A stretch of 64,000 nt of DNA from an uncultured Clostridia bacterium (GCA_963558405.1 CAUWGC010000001.1:100718-164717); one strand, 5' to 3'. Counted from the first letter of the stretch, positions 21,858 through 32,188 are shown. A program made the numbers and translations. Notes: generated by a model not told the origin, from the sequence alone.

Positions 21858-24305
21858 TTAAACTTCTCTATTAAAATTACCATTAGTGTAAATGTTTCCT
21901 TCTAATTTTTGACCTTGTTTTACTGCTTGAATAATAGAGTTTATTTCTGAAACGGGTTCATCCAGAATATCTATACGTATAGAGTCAACATTTAAATCGG
22001 AAGTAGAAATAGATGTTATTTTACTATTATAAATATTTGTAACAGTTTGTACATTATCAGGAACAATTCTAAATTCATATCCTAATCTGTCTTTTAACCA
22101 ATAAGTATTTTCAAAATCCTTGCATTTAGTTGTGCAAGTTGGATAGCATTTATTAGTATTTCCAAGTAAGCAATAATTTGTAGTCATCATTCTAGTTTTA
22201 CCATATGCTATTATTTCTGTAGAAACAGGTAAATTATAGTTTAAAAAATCTTGAATATCTTGTTTGTTAAGTTCTGGAGATAAAATAATAGTTTTTATTC
22301 CAAGATTTTTAATTTCATTAATACTATTATTGTTAAATAAGTTCATCCCAGAATTAGCAATAAAATCGTAAGAATTACCATATTTAGAAATAAGATTAAT
22401 ACAGTCAAGGTTTGATACTACAAATCCTTTTATGGAAAAGTTTTTTAAAGTATCCTCAATATTATTATCAATAAGTTTTACATAATTAGCTTTTATTATT
22501 ACTGGCATATAAATATAAGCATCAAAAGAGTCACATAGATTTTTAACTAAATTGCTATATTTTTTATAAGCAAAATATTTAAGAGGAATATAAATTTTAT
22601 CAATTCCATTAATAGCAGAATAATCAGTATCTAAATCTAATATAGGCAAATATAATGAAACTTTTTTTTCTTTTTTTGCAGTTGAATTTGTAGTTGAAAA
22701 AGGATTTTCTGTAGTAACTGGATGTTTAATTTTTCTAGAATATTTTTGTAAAACTATTTCTTGTACTTTTTCTAATGACTCTCTTCGTAAAGAATTTAAA
22801 ATACTAATACTAGGTACAAAAAGACCATCATCTAAAAAAACAGTGATTTTATCAAAAAAATATGGAGTATCATTTGTTTTTGAAATTTGTGAAATTACTT
22901 TATCAACTGTTATAGGTGCATTTATTGCAGGAATTGGTTTTGTATTTGAACTTATATTAACAGTAATATTATCATAAAATTCACCAGAAGTAGGAAGAGT
23001 AGTTACTTCAATACTTATTGGTAAATCTTTTTTTATTGTAATGCTACAATTTAAATGAATTTTTTTAAGTTCTTTATCACTATAACTATCTTTTACAGAA
23101 TTAATCAAAGTTTTACTAGTAATTTTATAAACTTTATCACCAGCAGATATGTTTCCTTTCATTCTTCCTAATTTAACTAAATCATTAGTATAAGCTTGCT
23201 TTATATTTTTATTTTCTTTCATCAATTCGGAAACTGTATATTTAGAGTTCTCTTTTTGTAACATAATGGTATCACCTATTTCAATAGGCTCGTTTAATTT
23301 AAGATTAATTAATCCTTTTTGCTCATTATAATGTGTTACATATCCAAGAAATAATCCCATATTATTAGGTTTTTCTTTATAAATTAAGCTTTTATTTGCA
23401 CTAACATCAATGTGCCCAGTAGAAAATCCACCTCTATTAAAAGCCTGTAATAAATCTTTTTTATCTTGAGGGTCAATAACATATTCTTTTCCAGAAAGAG
23501 CAAGGTCTATGTATTTACGATATATTTTTGTGGTAATAGCAACGTATTCTGGTGGTTTCATTCTTCCTTCTATTTTAAAACATTTAACTCCTGATTTTAT
23601 CAATTCTGGAATATATTCTAATCCACATAAATCTTTTGGACTTAATAAATAACCTTTATCAACAGATGTTTCTTTGGATGAATCTATAGATTTTTGTATC
23701 AATTCATATGACATTCTACAAGGTTGAGCGCACTTGCCACGATTACCAGATCTACCACCAATCATGCTAGAGAATAAGCATTGACCAGAATAACTAATAC
23801 ACAAAGCTCCATGAATAAAAGTTTCTATTTCAATATCAGTATGGTCACATATATAACGTATTTCATTAATTGGAAGTTCTCTTGAAAGAACTACTCTTTT
23901 AAAACCTAATTTTTGACAAGAAAGAGCACCTTCTAAATTATGAATTGTCATTTGTGTACTTGCATGTATAGGAAGATCAAGGAAATGAGAAATAAGATAT
24001 CTAGCAAGACCAATATCTTGTACAATAATAGCATCAATTCCATATTCATATGCTTTAGATGCTAAATCTATAGCTTGTTTAAATTCATTATTTTTAATTA
24101 ATGTATTTAATGTAAGATGTGTTTTTACATTTCGTAATTTTGCATAAGAAATAGCTTTTTTTAATTCTTCTAATCCAAAATTTGAAGCAAATGCTCGTGC
24201 ATTAAAAAAAGAAGAGCCAAAATAAACACTGTCTGCACCATTTTGAACAGCTGCTTGTAAACATTTAAAATCTCCTACAGGAGCTAATAGTTCTACTTTA
24301 TTCAT
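21858..24305 (-). CDS. U32 family peptidase-like protein (long, RlhA/DUF3656 type)
   Basis: MNKVELLAPVG, HASTQM, HGALCISYSGQC, NRGKCAQPCR, KIEGRMK; start moved to ATG 24305 after GGAGA. Confidence 0.88.
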   Translation of the reverse strand: MNKVELLAPVGDFKCLQAAVQNGADSVYFGSSFFNARAFASNFGLEELKKAISYAKLRNVKTHLTLNTLIKNNEFKQAIDLASKAYEYGIDAIIVQDIGLARYLISHFLDLPIHASTQMTIHNLEGALSCQKLGFKRVVLSRELPINEIRYICDHTDIEIETFIHGALCISYSGQCLFSSMIGGRSGNRGKCAQPCRMSYELIQKSIDSSKETSVDKGYLLSPKDLCGLEYIPELIKSGVKCFKIEGRMKPPEYVAITTKIYRKYIDLALSGKEYVIDPQDKKDLLQAFNRGGFSTGHIDVSANKSLIYKEKPNNMGLFLGYVTHYNEQKGLINLKLNEPIEIGDTIMLQKENSKYTVSELMKENKNIKQAYTNDLVKLGRMKGNISAGDKVYKITSKTLINSVKDSYSDKELKKIHLNCSITIKKDLPISIEVTTLPTSGEFYDNITVNISSNTKPIPAINAPITVDKVISQISKTNDTPYFFDKITVFLDDGLFVPSISILNSLRRESLEKVQEIVLQKYSRKIKHPVTTENPFSTTNSTAKKEKKVSLYLPILDLDTDYSAINGIDKIYIPLKYFAYKKYSNLVKNLCDSFDAYIYMPVIIKANYVKLIDNNIEDTLKNFSIKGFVVSNLDCINLISKYGNSYDFIANSGMNLFNNNSINEIKNLGIKTIILSPELNKQDIQDFLNYNLPVSTEIIAYGKTRMMTTNYCLLGNTNKCYPTCTTKCKDFENTYWLKDRLGYEFRIVPDNVQTVTNIYNSKITSISTSDLNVDSIRIDILDEPVSEINSIIQAVKQGQKLEGNIYTNGNFNREV

Positions 24306-24462
24306 TTTAATTTCTCCGTTTCTAAATATTATAATTATATTGTAACACAAAAAAACAAATTAGCATACTATATTATATAAACAAGTGATTGAATAGTCAC
24401 TAAAATGTAGAAAATATCAATGAAACATAGATATATTCTACAAATAAAAGGGAGGTAAAACC

Positions 24463-24657
24463 ATGCAAGAAGAAATTAGAAATTGTGGATGTAACAATGG
24501 ATGTGGATGCAACAATGGTTGTGGATGTAATAATGGAGGATTATTAGGAAATTTATTTGGAGGTTCTGGAGATAATTGCGAAATATTATTTTTCATAATA
24601 GTTTTCTTATTATTATTCACAAACTTTGGAAAAGGAAATTGTGGATGCGGATGCTAA
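24463..24657 (+). CDS. Small Cys/Gly/Asn-rich membrane peptide (possibly spore-associated)
   Basis: GGGAGG SD; (CGCNNG)x3, hydrophobic ILFFIIVFLLLF, terminator follows. Confidence 0.7.
   Translation: MQEEIRNCGCNNGCGCNNGCGCNNGGLLGNLFGGSGDNCEILFFIIVFLLLFTNFGKGNCGCGC
24484..24537 (+). repeat. Three 18-bp coding tandem repeats
   Basis: TGTGGATGYAAYAATGGW x3. Confidence 0.85.
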
Positions 24658-24692
24658 AAAAAGATTGGAATTATCCAATCTTTTTTTAAGAA

Positions 24693-24959
24693 TTAAAAAT
24701 AAAGTTGAAGTTCTTCTTGAAAATCATAAAAATCATCATCTGTACTAAACACTAACGAGGTAGATATAACCAAACCAGGTTGTTGTAGTTTAAAAATAAC
24801 AGGTCTATGGTAGAACTTACCATTACAAAGATTGGCTAATATGATTACAAAAAATATTTCAGAAAATAGAATTTCTTTATCAATATTATCCGTACTATCT
24901 AATTTGAATACACAAACATCTACAATATTAGATTTTGACCGTTTTAAGATATATAACAT
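24693..24959 (-). CDS. Hypothetical protein
   Basis: 88-aa ORF with AAGGTGG SD, convergent on the shared terminator 24657-24687. Confidence 0.5.
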   Translation of the reverse strand: MLYILKRSKSNIVDVCVFKLDSTDNIDKEILFSEIFFVIILANLCNGKFYHRPVIFKLQQPGLVISTSLVFSTDDDFYDFQEELQLYF

Positions 24960-25129
24960 AAAGAAACCACCTTTCCAAATTTAATAAAATTTTGGTTTTG
25001 AACTAAAATAAATTTTAATAATAGTATTATAGCACTATATTGCAGAAAAATAAATATTTTATACACAAATAAGAAAAAACTATTGCATAATAAAAAAAAA
25101 TATGCTAATATATATCTGGTCAAATAAAT

Positions 25130-25205
25130 AGGGGTATAGTGTTAATGGTTAGCACGATGGTCTCCAAAACCACAAGTCTGAGTTCGAATCTTAGTACCCC
25201 TGCCA
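25130..25205 (+). tRNA. tRNA-Trp (CCA)
   Basis: Acceptor AGGGGTA/TACCCCT, anticodon loop CTCCAAA (CCA at 25164-25166), TTCGAAT T-loop, encoded CCA end. Confidence 0.96.
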
Positions 25206-25315
25206 AAAAGAAAGCATTTTGTTGTGCTTTCTTTTTTTTAGTAAAATGAATATAAATTACTTGTACTAAAAAAAATGATATGTTATACTGATAAAAAATA
25301 AAACAAGGAGTAAAA

Positions 25316-25738
25316 ATGGAAAAGATAAAAGAAATAATAAAAAAAGTATGTACTAAGGAAATTATATTTTATGCAATTTTTGGCGTTTTAACTACTCTTG
25401 TAAATGTGGGAACTTTTTATGTTCTAAATATGATTTTTCATTTAGAAGAAAACATCTCAAATAATATTGCTATTGTTGTAGCGGTATTGTTTGCATATTT
25501 TACAAACAAAGATATTGTATTTCATTCAGAAGCGGAATCTTTAAAAGAAAAAGGAGTAGAGTTTTTTAAATTTATATTAGGAAGAGCTGCAACTATGGTA
25601 GTAGAATCAGCAGGATTCTTTTTATTGTTTAATATGTGCCATATCCAAAAAATGATTAGTAAATGTACTATAACTATTGTAGTAATTATATTAAACTTTT
25701 TTATTAGTAAATTTTTTGCGTTTAGAAAGAAAAAATAA
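25316..25738 (+). CDS. GtrA family protein
   Basis: YAIFGVLTTLVN, FAYFTNK..VF, LNFFISKFFAF. Confidence 0.88.
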   Translation: MEKIKEIIKKVCTKEIIFYAIFGVLTTLVNVGTFYVLNMIFHLEENISNNIAIVVAVLFAYFTNKDIVFHSEAESLKEKGVEFFKFILGRAATMVVESAGFFLLFNMCHIQKMISKCTITIVVIILNFFISKFFAFRKKK

Positions 25739-25835
25739 AACAAAAAAATGTTTGTAAAAACTATTGACAAAAAATAAATATAATATATAATAATACCAAA
25801 CAAAAATTCTATAAATTTTTGGGAGGTATTTTTTT

Positions 25836-27458
25836 ATGATAACAGCATTACATATAAAAAATATTGGAATTATAGACGAAATGAGTATTGATTTAAACGA
25901 AGGATTTAATGTATTAACAGGAGAAACAGGAGCTGGTAAAACTTTAATAATAGATTCATTAGGAATTATAGCAGGTGGCAGATTTTCTAAAGAAATGATT
26001 AGAAAAGGAGAAAATTATTCGTATGTAGAGTTATGTATATACGAGCCTAATAATGAAAAAGCAATAGATGGAAACATTATAATTTCAAGAGAAATTTATT
26101 CAAACGGTAGAAATCTTTGCAAAATAAATAATAGAATGGTAACAGTAACAGAACTAAAGCAATTTATGAATACAATGATAGATATTCATGGACAAAATGA
26201 TAATCAATTTTTATTAGATCCTACTACACATATAAAATATTTAGACAACTTTATAGGAGAAGAATTACAAAATTATAAAACAGAATATCAAAAATTATAT
26301 CAAGAATGGAAAAATATAAATATAGAATTAAAAAACAATTATGGCGATGATAAAGAAAAACAAAGAAGATTAGATTTATTAGAGTATCAATCTAATGAAA
26401 TTAGTGAAGCGGAACTAAAGGTAGGAGAAGAAGAAAAACTAGAAAATACAATAAGAAAAATAGAAAACAACGAAAAAATACAAAACTCCTTAGAAGAAGC
26501 ATATGAACAAATAGATATAAATGCTATTGATGCAATAAATAATTCTGTACGTGCATTAGAAAAAATAGGAGATTTAGAAGAATATTCAATAGTATTAAAT
26601 AATTTAAAAAGCATATATTATGATTTACAAGAATTAGGAAGAGATTTATGTAATTTAAAAGAACAAAATGAAGACATAGAAGAAAACAAAGTAGAATTAG
26701 AAGAAAGACTAGATCTTATTTATTCTTTAAAAAGAAAATATGGAAATACAATACAAGAGATATTAGACTATCAAACACAAGTAGATTTAGAAATTGAAAA
26801 GATTAAAAATATGGATTCATATATTCAAAAATTAAAAGAAAAACAAACACAAATAGAAGAAAAAATGACAATACAATGTGAAAAAATGCATACATTAAGA
26901 GAAAATTATGCAAAAGAAATAAGTTATAATATAGATAATGAACTTAAAGATTTAGAAATGAATAATAGTAAATTTAAAGTTAAAGTACAATATAATTCTC
27001 AAAAAGAGTTTAATCAAGATGGATTAGATAAAGTAGAGTTTCTTATTTCTACTAATATTGGAGAAGAAGAAAAACCATTACATAAAATAGCATCTGGTGG
27101 TGAAATGTCACGTATGATGTTAGCAATAAAAACGGTATTAGCAAATGTAGATGATATACCAACACTTGTTTTTGACGAAATTGATACAGGAATTAGTGGA
27201 AAAGCAGCTAAAGCAGTTAGCGAAAAAATGAAAAAAATTGCAATAAATCATCAAGTAATTTGTGTTACTCATTTAGCAGTTATTGCAGCAAAAAGTGATT
27301 ATCATTATTATATAAATAAAGAAGTAATAAATAATAAAACTAAAAGTAAAGTAAAATTATTAGAAGAAACAGAAATAATAGAAGAAATAGCAAGAATGGC
27401 TAGTGGAGAAAAAACACCAATAGCATTAGAACATGCAAAACAATTAAGAGCAAGTTAA
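25836..27458 (+). CDS. recN: DNA repair protein RecN
   Basis: LTGETGAGKT, IHGQND, IASGGEMSR, FDEIDTGISG, VTHL. Confidence 0.95.
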   Translation: MITALHIKNIGIIDEMSIDLNEGFNVLTGETGAGKTLIIDSLGIIAGGRFSKEMIRKGENYSYVELCIYEPNNEKAIDGNIIISREIYSNGRNLCKINNRMVTVTELKQFMNTMIDIHGQNDNQFLLDPTTHIKYLDNFIGEELQNYKTEYQKLYQEWKNINIELKNNYGDDKEKQRRLDLLEYQSNEISEAELKVGEEEKLENTIRKIENNEKIQNSLEEAYEQIDINAIDAINNSVRALEKIGDLEEYSIVLNNLKSIYYDLQELGRDLCNLKEQNEDIEENKVELEERLDLIYSLKRKYGNTIQEILDYQTQVDLEIEKIKNMDSYIQKLKEKQTQIEEKMTIQCEKMHTLRENYAKEISYNIDNELKDLEMNNSKFKVKVQYNSQKEFNQDGLDKVEFLISTNIGEEEKPLHKIASGGEMSRMMLAIKTVLANVDDIPTLVFDEIDTGISGKAAKAVSEKMKKIAINHQVICVTHLAVIAAKSDYHYYINKEVINNKTKSKVKLLEETEIIEEIARMASGEKTPIALEHAKQLRAS

Positions 27459-27495
27459 AATTTTGCAGTACTAATAAAAAGTACTGCAAAATAAA

Positions 27496-28170
27496 TTAAT
27501 TACTTATACTAACAATTCTAGTAGTCACAGTGCAATCATCTGTATTAGCATATATTCTAATAGGTTTGCCAGTATTATTTTTAAAACGGAAATCAACACT
27601 ACCGTATGCAACAGCAGCATCTTTTCCTTTTTCAACATAAGTAACTTTCCTACTATGTTCATGTCGTTCTACAACTTCTAAATCAGGAACAGCTAAAACA
27701 GCATTATATAATGTACTACTAATTTGACAATTACCGCCACCAAGACCTTTAGTTACATTTCCTTCAGAATCATATACATCAGCTTCTTCATATCCTTTTT
27801 CTTTTGTTGCTTTTCCTACAGTATTACAAAAAGAAAATGTTTCACCTGGTTCTATTCTAGTTCCATTTAATGTGTCACAAGTAAGATGAAGATTGTGTTG
27901 TCTACCAGATTCTTTTACTAAAATTTTTGTAGAAAAAGTTGCAAGTTCTTTTTCGGTAGGAGTCTTTTTTGATGATGACTCAGTGCTTTCTTTTTTTACA
28001 GTATTTGTGTCATTGGTAGAGTTTTTTACAGAATCATTATTTTTTATAATTTCATTTTGAGTTGCAGAAGTTTTTTGTGCAGAAGAATTATTCTGCATAT
28101 CTTGTTCTTCTGATGAGCATCCTGTTAATAAAAGAATACTAGCAATACAAACAAATATAAATTTAAGCAT
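27496..28170 (-). CDS. VanW-domain lipoprotein
   Basis: Lipobox LLTGC; PGETFSF, GGGNCQISSTLYNAV, ERHEHS, DFRFKN. Confidence 0.85.
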   Translation of the reverse strand: MLKFIFVCIASILLLTGCSSEEQDMQNNSSAQKTSATQNEIIKNNDSVKNSTNDTNTVKKESTESSSKKTPTEKELATFSTKILVKESGRQHNLHLTCDTLNGTRIEPGETFSFCNTVGKATKEKGYEEADVYDSEGNVTKGLGGGNCQISSTLYNAVLAVPDLEVVERHEHSRKVTYVEKGKDAAVAYGSVDFRFKNNTGKPIRIYANTDDCTVTTRIVSISN

Positions 28171-28353
28171 TTTTATTCTCCTTTTATAATTTATATAAAA
28201 TTTTAAAATAATGTATTATTTATTATTATAACCAAATTTAATAAAAATATAAAAAGAAAACAATCGTATTAAAATCTTCAATTTTTCTTACACAAAAAAA
28301 ATTCTAGAAAAATAAAATTTATTTCTAGAATTTTAAAAACATAAAATTTATAT

Positions 28354-29268
28354 TTATCTAGTATAATCATCGCGCTTTAAATCTCTTTGACTAGATATAA
28401 CATACTGAGATTTATTTTTTTCAATAGATAAATTCGTATCTAAAACTTTAGCACATTTAGAATAAGCATCTACGATGTATCTAACATCTGTATTTCCATT
28501 TTGTAATGTCACAATAGAACTAATAGCATCATAAATTTCAGGAGCTTCTTTGAAATTTAATGAAGTATTTTCAATTTTTGCTGCATTATAATTATTATTT
28601 GTTACATCTGAAAAAGTAATATCACGAGATGAAATTCTGTCTTGAACACTTATGCCATTTGCAAGGGTTCTTTCGTGTGTATTTGTATATGCATCTGCAA
28701 TTGCAACTTTAACAAAACTTAACATAGTAGAATTAATTATGCTTGTATTTTGGTTATAGTATTCTTTAATATTTTGCTCATATTGTTTTAAATTTTCTTT
28801 TTGAATAGAAGTAAGTTTCTTTTCGCTTTTAAGTTTTGAATATTCTATAATATTACTTTCAAAGTTTTTCATTTCTTCTAAATCATTTCTTTGGGAAAAA
28901 GTAAATATACTATCTAATTGAGTATCTTTAGGTAGAACTATAGCACTTTCAATTTGTTCCATAACAGATTCATTAACAGGAATGTATGTATCTGTATGTC
29001 TTAAGATACTATTTTTTGATAGTGATGTTGAACCAAGAATAATTAGCCCAGAAGCGAATAAAGCACCAATTGCTTTTTTAAATTTAGGGTTTTGAGATTT
29101 AGAAGTTGCTTTTTTCCTTTCAATAGTTTTACCAGTATAATGTTTAGAAGTTTGTTTAGAAGTAGCTGGTGTATATTTATATTTATTTAAAAAAGCTTCA
29201 TGACGATCACTTGTAGTTGATTTATTATGATTATCGTTTACCATATTTATAAATGTATTTTCACTCAT
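28354..29268 (-). CDS. Hypothetical membrane-anchored protein
   Basis: GGAGG SD, one hydrophobic segment, 304 aa. Confidence 0.65.
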   Translation of the reverse strand: MSENTFINMVNDNHNKSTTSDRHEAFLNKYKYTPATSKQTSKHYTGKTIERKKATSKSQNPKFKKAIGALFASGLIILGSTSLSKNSILRHTDTYIPVNESVMEQIESAIVLPKDTQLDSIFTFSQRNDLEEMKNFESNIIEYSKLKSEKKLTSIQKENLKQYEQNIKEYYNQNTSIINSTMLSFVKVAIADAYTNTHERTLANGISVQDRISSRDITFSDVTNNNYNAAKIENTSLNFKEAPEIYDAISSIVTLQNGNTDVRYIVDAYSKCAKVLDTNLSIEKNKSQYVISSQRDLKRDDYTR

Positions 29269-29367
29269 AAAAATTCCTCCTTTGTATATAAATTACTACT
29301 ATTATACCATTAATTAGAAAAAATAACAAATTTAATAAAATTTATGGTATCAAAAATATAAATGGTA

Positions 29368-29396
29368 TTGACAAAAGAGAAAAGTAAATATAGAAT
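29368..29396 (+). promoter_or_regulatory. Sigma-A promoter upstream of the pilin gene
   Basis: TTGACA-17 nt-TAGAAT. Confidence 0.65.
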
Positions 29397-29606
29397 ACAA
29401 GGTAGAAATAACTTCTATAAAAGAAGAAAGAACATTGAAAACAGAATAACCCTAAAGAATTGTGAGAAATCTTCTTGAATAGAAGTGATTTCAAAGGAAA
29501 ATATAAATTAAAAAGAAAAAATAAAAGCAAAAACAAATAAAAGTAAACTTAAAGAATAAAAGCAAAATAAATGTAAATAATAAAAATACAAAGGAGGAGA
29601 AAGAAA

Positions 29607-29780
29607 GTGAAGAAGATGAATATTAAAAAGGGTAATTCTGGTATAACACTAATAGCTCTAGTAATAACAATAATTGTTCGTTATGATAAAATAATAAAAC
29701 GCTGTAATATCAAGAGTTTCCTTCACTTTGGTTATAGATTAAGATGGGTAAAAACCCATCTTTTTTTGAAATTCTGGTAA
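29607..29780 (+). pseudogene. Type IV pilin 5' fragment interrupted at about 29678 (not in ORF track)
   Basis: AAGGAGG SD, GTG start, MKKMNIKKGNSG|ITLIALVITIIV class III signal, then an abrupt switch to non-pilin RYDKIIKR... and stop at 29780. Confidence 0.8.
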
Positions 29781-29803
29781 AAAATAGGCTAGAAAGGGAT
29801 AAT

Positions 29804-30232
29804 ATGAAAAAAGTTGCAATTAAAAATAAGATAGAAAAAATGGAAGAAGAATCAAGAACAATATTAGAAAAAATATTTGTAGAATTTATTATGGATATAA
29901 ATCATAAAGAGTTTATTTGTAAAGATATGTTAGAGCGTATAGTTTTAATATATCTTTCTTTATTTGGAAAAAGAGATTATATAGAATTAGAAGATTTAAC
30001 AAGATATGAATTAAATATAATAAGTAAAATGATATTTCAAGGAATATGTTATATATACATTGATGAAAGATATTTGACACCAGTAAATAGATACAAAAAA
30101 ATGTTAATTATTAGTGAATTAATAGAATTTGTTCATATAATTACGGATTCAGAAAAAGACACAATAAAAATGCTAATAATCAGAGAAATGAAAAAATATA
30201 TAGAGAAAGGATTTTTAGAAGAGTTAGTATAA
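29804..30232 (+). CDS. Hypothetical ICE protein
   Basis: ATG 29804 after GAAAGGGA SD. Confidence 0.6.
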   Translation: MKKVAIKNKIEKMEEESRTILEKIFVEFIMDINHKEFICKDMLERIVLIYLSLFGKRDYIELEDLTRYELNIISKMIFQGICYIYIDERYLTPVNRYKKMLIISELIEFVHIITDSEKDTIKMLIIREMKKYIEKGFLEELV

Positions 30233-30258
30233 AAATTATTAAGGAGGAATTTTTATAA

Positions 30259-30834
30259 ATGCCTTTATCGACAGATGTTCAAAAGAAACCTAATAAAATT
30301 TTATATAAGAAAATAGATAAACCAAGTGAGGTATTTGAATTAAAAGAAATTCAAGAGATAAAAGATGCAATGCAAGAGCATCTTTTATTTTTAGGATTAG
30401 ATAGAAGTAATAATATAAGAAATATTAATTTAATAGGAGTAGGAAACACAAATGGAGTTATGGTAGATTCAAAGAATGTTTTAAGGATAGCTTTGATGAA
30501 TTGTAATGATAAAGTTATTTTAGTACATAATCACCCATCAAGTGTAACTACGCCTAGTTTCAAAGATAAGGAACTAACAAATAGGCTAAATAAATTTTTA
30601 AAAGTTTTTAATATTGAATTGTTAGATCACATTATTGTTGGTGAAGAAGAATATACAAGTATGCGACAAGTAAATGCAATTGATTGGGATTATGAAGATA
30701 GTAAAACAAATTTAATTGATAATACTTTTTTAGTTGAAGAAAATAAAGAACTAAAAGAAAATATCAAAACATTAACAAATAATTTTAAAAAATATAGAAA
30801 ACTAAATAAAGAGGTTGAAGAAGAGTTAGAGTAA
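30259..30834 (+). CDS. radC: RadC/JAB domain protein
   Basis: ILVHNHPSS..TPS..D, LLDHIIVG; acidic tail EVEEELE. Confidence 0.85.
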   Translation: MPLSTDVQKKPNKILYKKIDKPSEVFELKEIQEIKDAMQEHLLFLGLDRSNNIRNINLIGVGNTNGVMVDSKNVLRIALMNCNDKVILVHNHPSSVTTPSFKDKELTNRLNKFLKVFNIELLDHIIVGEEEYTSMRQVNAIDWDYEDSKTNLIDNTFLVEENKELKENIKTLTNNFKKYRKLNKEVEEELE

Positions 30835-30852
30835 TTTATCTAAATAATAATT

Positions 30853-30882
30853 AAAATGGCACAAAACCGATTCTGGTGCGAG
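30853..30882 (+). repeat. Intergenic repeat copy 1 (copy 2 at 33468-33497)
   Basis: AAAATGGCACAAAACCGATTCTGGTGCGAG vs AAAATGGCACAAAATTGATTCTCGTGCGAG, 27/30 identical. Confidence 0.8.
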
Positions 30883-30974
30883 GGTATAAGGAGTGTGAGG
30901 TAGATGTTTATCTAAAAATAAAAATTTAAAAATCAAGGAAAATAAAAAGTAAAAGAAATGGAGGAATACAAAAA

Positions 30975-32093
30975 ATGAAAAAATATAAAAGATATTTTAT
31001 AACAAGTGAATCAGTTACAGAAGGTCATCCAGATAAAGTTGCAGATTTAATATCTGATTCGATTTTGGATGCTTGTTTAGAACAAGATAAAGATTCAAGA
31101 GTTGCAGTAGAAACAATGTTATCAAATAATCAAGTAACAGTTGCAGGACAGATAACAACTAATGCTCAAATTGATATTGATAATATTGTTAGAGAAACAT
31201 TAAGACAAGTAGGATATACAGATAAAGATGTAAATATGGATTATAAAAATTGTAAAATTAATATAAATATAACTAAACAAAGTAATGACATAGCAACGGG
31301 TGTTGATATTGGAGGTGCAGGAGATCAAGGAATAATGTTTGGATATGCTACTGATGAATCAGAAGATTATATGCCATATCCAATAAATGTTGCACATAAA
31401 TTAGCAAAAAAATTATCAGAAGTAAGAAAAAATGGAGAAATACCATATTTAAGAAGTGATGGAAAAGTTCAAGTTACAGTAGAATATGTAAATGATGCTC
31501 CGTTTAGAATTGATTGTATATTAATATCAGCTCAACATTCAGAAAATGTAGATTTGCAAACTTTACAAAAAGATATATTCCATAAAGTTATTGCAAAAGT
31601 TGTTGATATAGAAATGGTTGATTATGAAACTAGATTTTATATAAACCCTACTGGTAGATTTGTAATAGGAGGAGCAATTGCTGATACAGGATTAACTGGT
31701 AGAAAACTAATGGTGGATACTTATGGAGGATGCAGTAGACATGGTGGAGGAGCTTTTTCAGGAAAAGATGGAACAAAAGTGGATAGGTCAGGAGCATATA
31801 TGTTAAGACATATAGCTAAAAATGTTGTAGCAAATGGATTGGCAAGAAGATGTGAAATACAAATGAGTTATGGCATAGGAATAGAAAAGCCATTATCTAT
31901 CTACATTGATTGTTTTGGTACAAATGAGATTCCAGAAGGGCTGATTATAAAAATAATTAAAGAAAGATTTGATTTAACACCAAATGGAATTATAGAGTAT
32001 CTAAAATTAAAAGAACCTATTTATTCAAAAACTACTAATTATGGTCATTTTGGAAGAGAAGGATTTACTTGGGAAGAATTAGTGCAAATATAA
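30975..32093 (+). CDS. metK: S-adenosylmethionine synthetase (ICE-borne)
   Basis: SESVTEGHPDK, GAGDQG, NPTGRFVIGG, GLTGRK, GGGAFSGKD. Confidence 0.95.
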   Translation: MKKYKRYFITSESVTEGHPDKVADLISDSILDACLEQDKDSRVAVETMLSNNQVTVAGQITTNAQIDIDNIVRETLRQVGYTDKDVNMDYKNCKININITKQSNDIATGVDIGGAGDQGIMFGYATDESEDYMPYPINVAHKLAKKLSEVRKNGEIPYLRSDGKVQVTVEYVNDAPFRIDCILISAQHSENVDLQTLQKDIFHKVIAKVVDIEMVDYETRFYINPTGRFVIGGAIADTGLTGRKLMVDTYGGCSRHGGGAFSGKDGTKVDRSGAYMLRHIAKNVVANGLARRCEIQMSYGIGIEKPLSIYIDCFGTNEIPEGLIIKIIKERFDLTPNGIIEYLKLKEPIYSKTTNYGHFGREGFTWEELVQI

Positions 32094-32188
32094 TAAAAAA
32101 ATCTCAAAAGAGTTGTATAAAGTTTGAACAAGAGTTAATATAACACCAACTTTATACAGACTTTTTTTATTTGAAAGGAGAAAGTCAA

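Noticed and set aside
29400-29590. A-rich pilin leader as a repeat array or ncRNA
   Set aside because: Only low-complexity AATAAAAGCAAAA-type repeats; no convincing structure.
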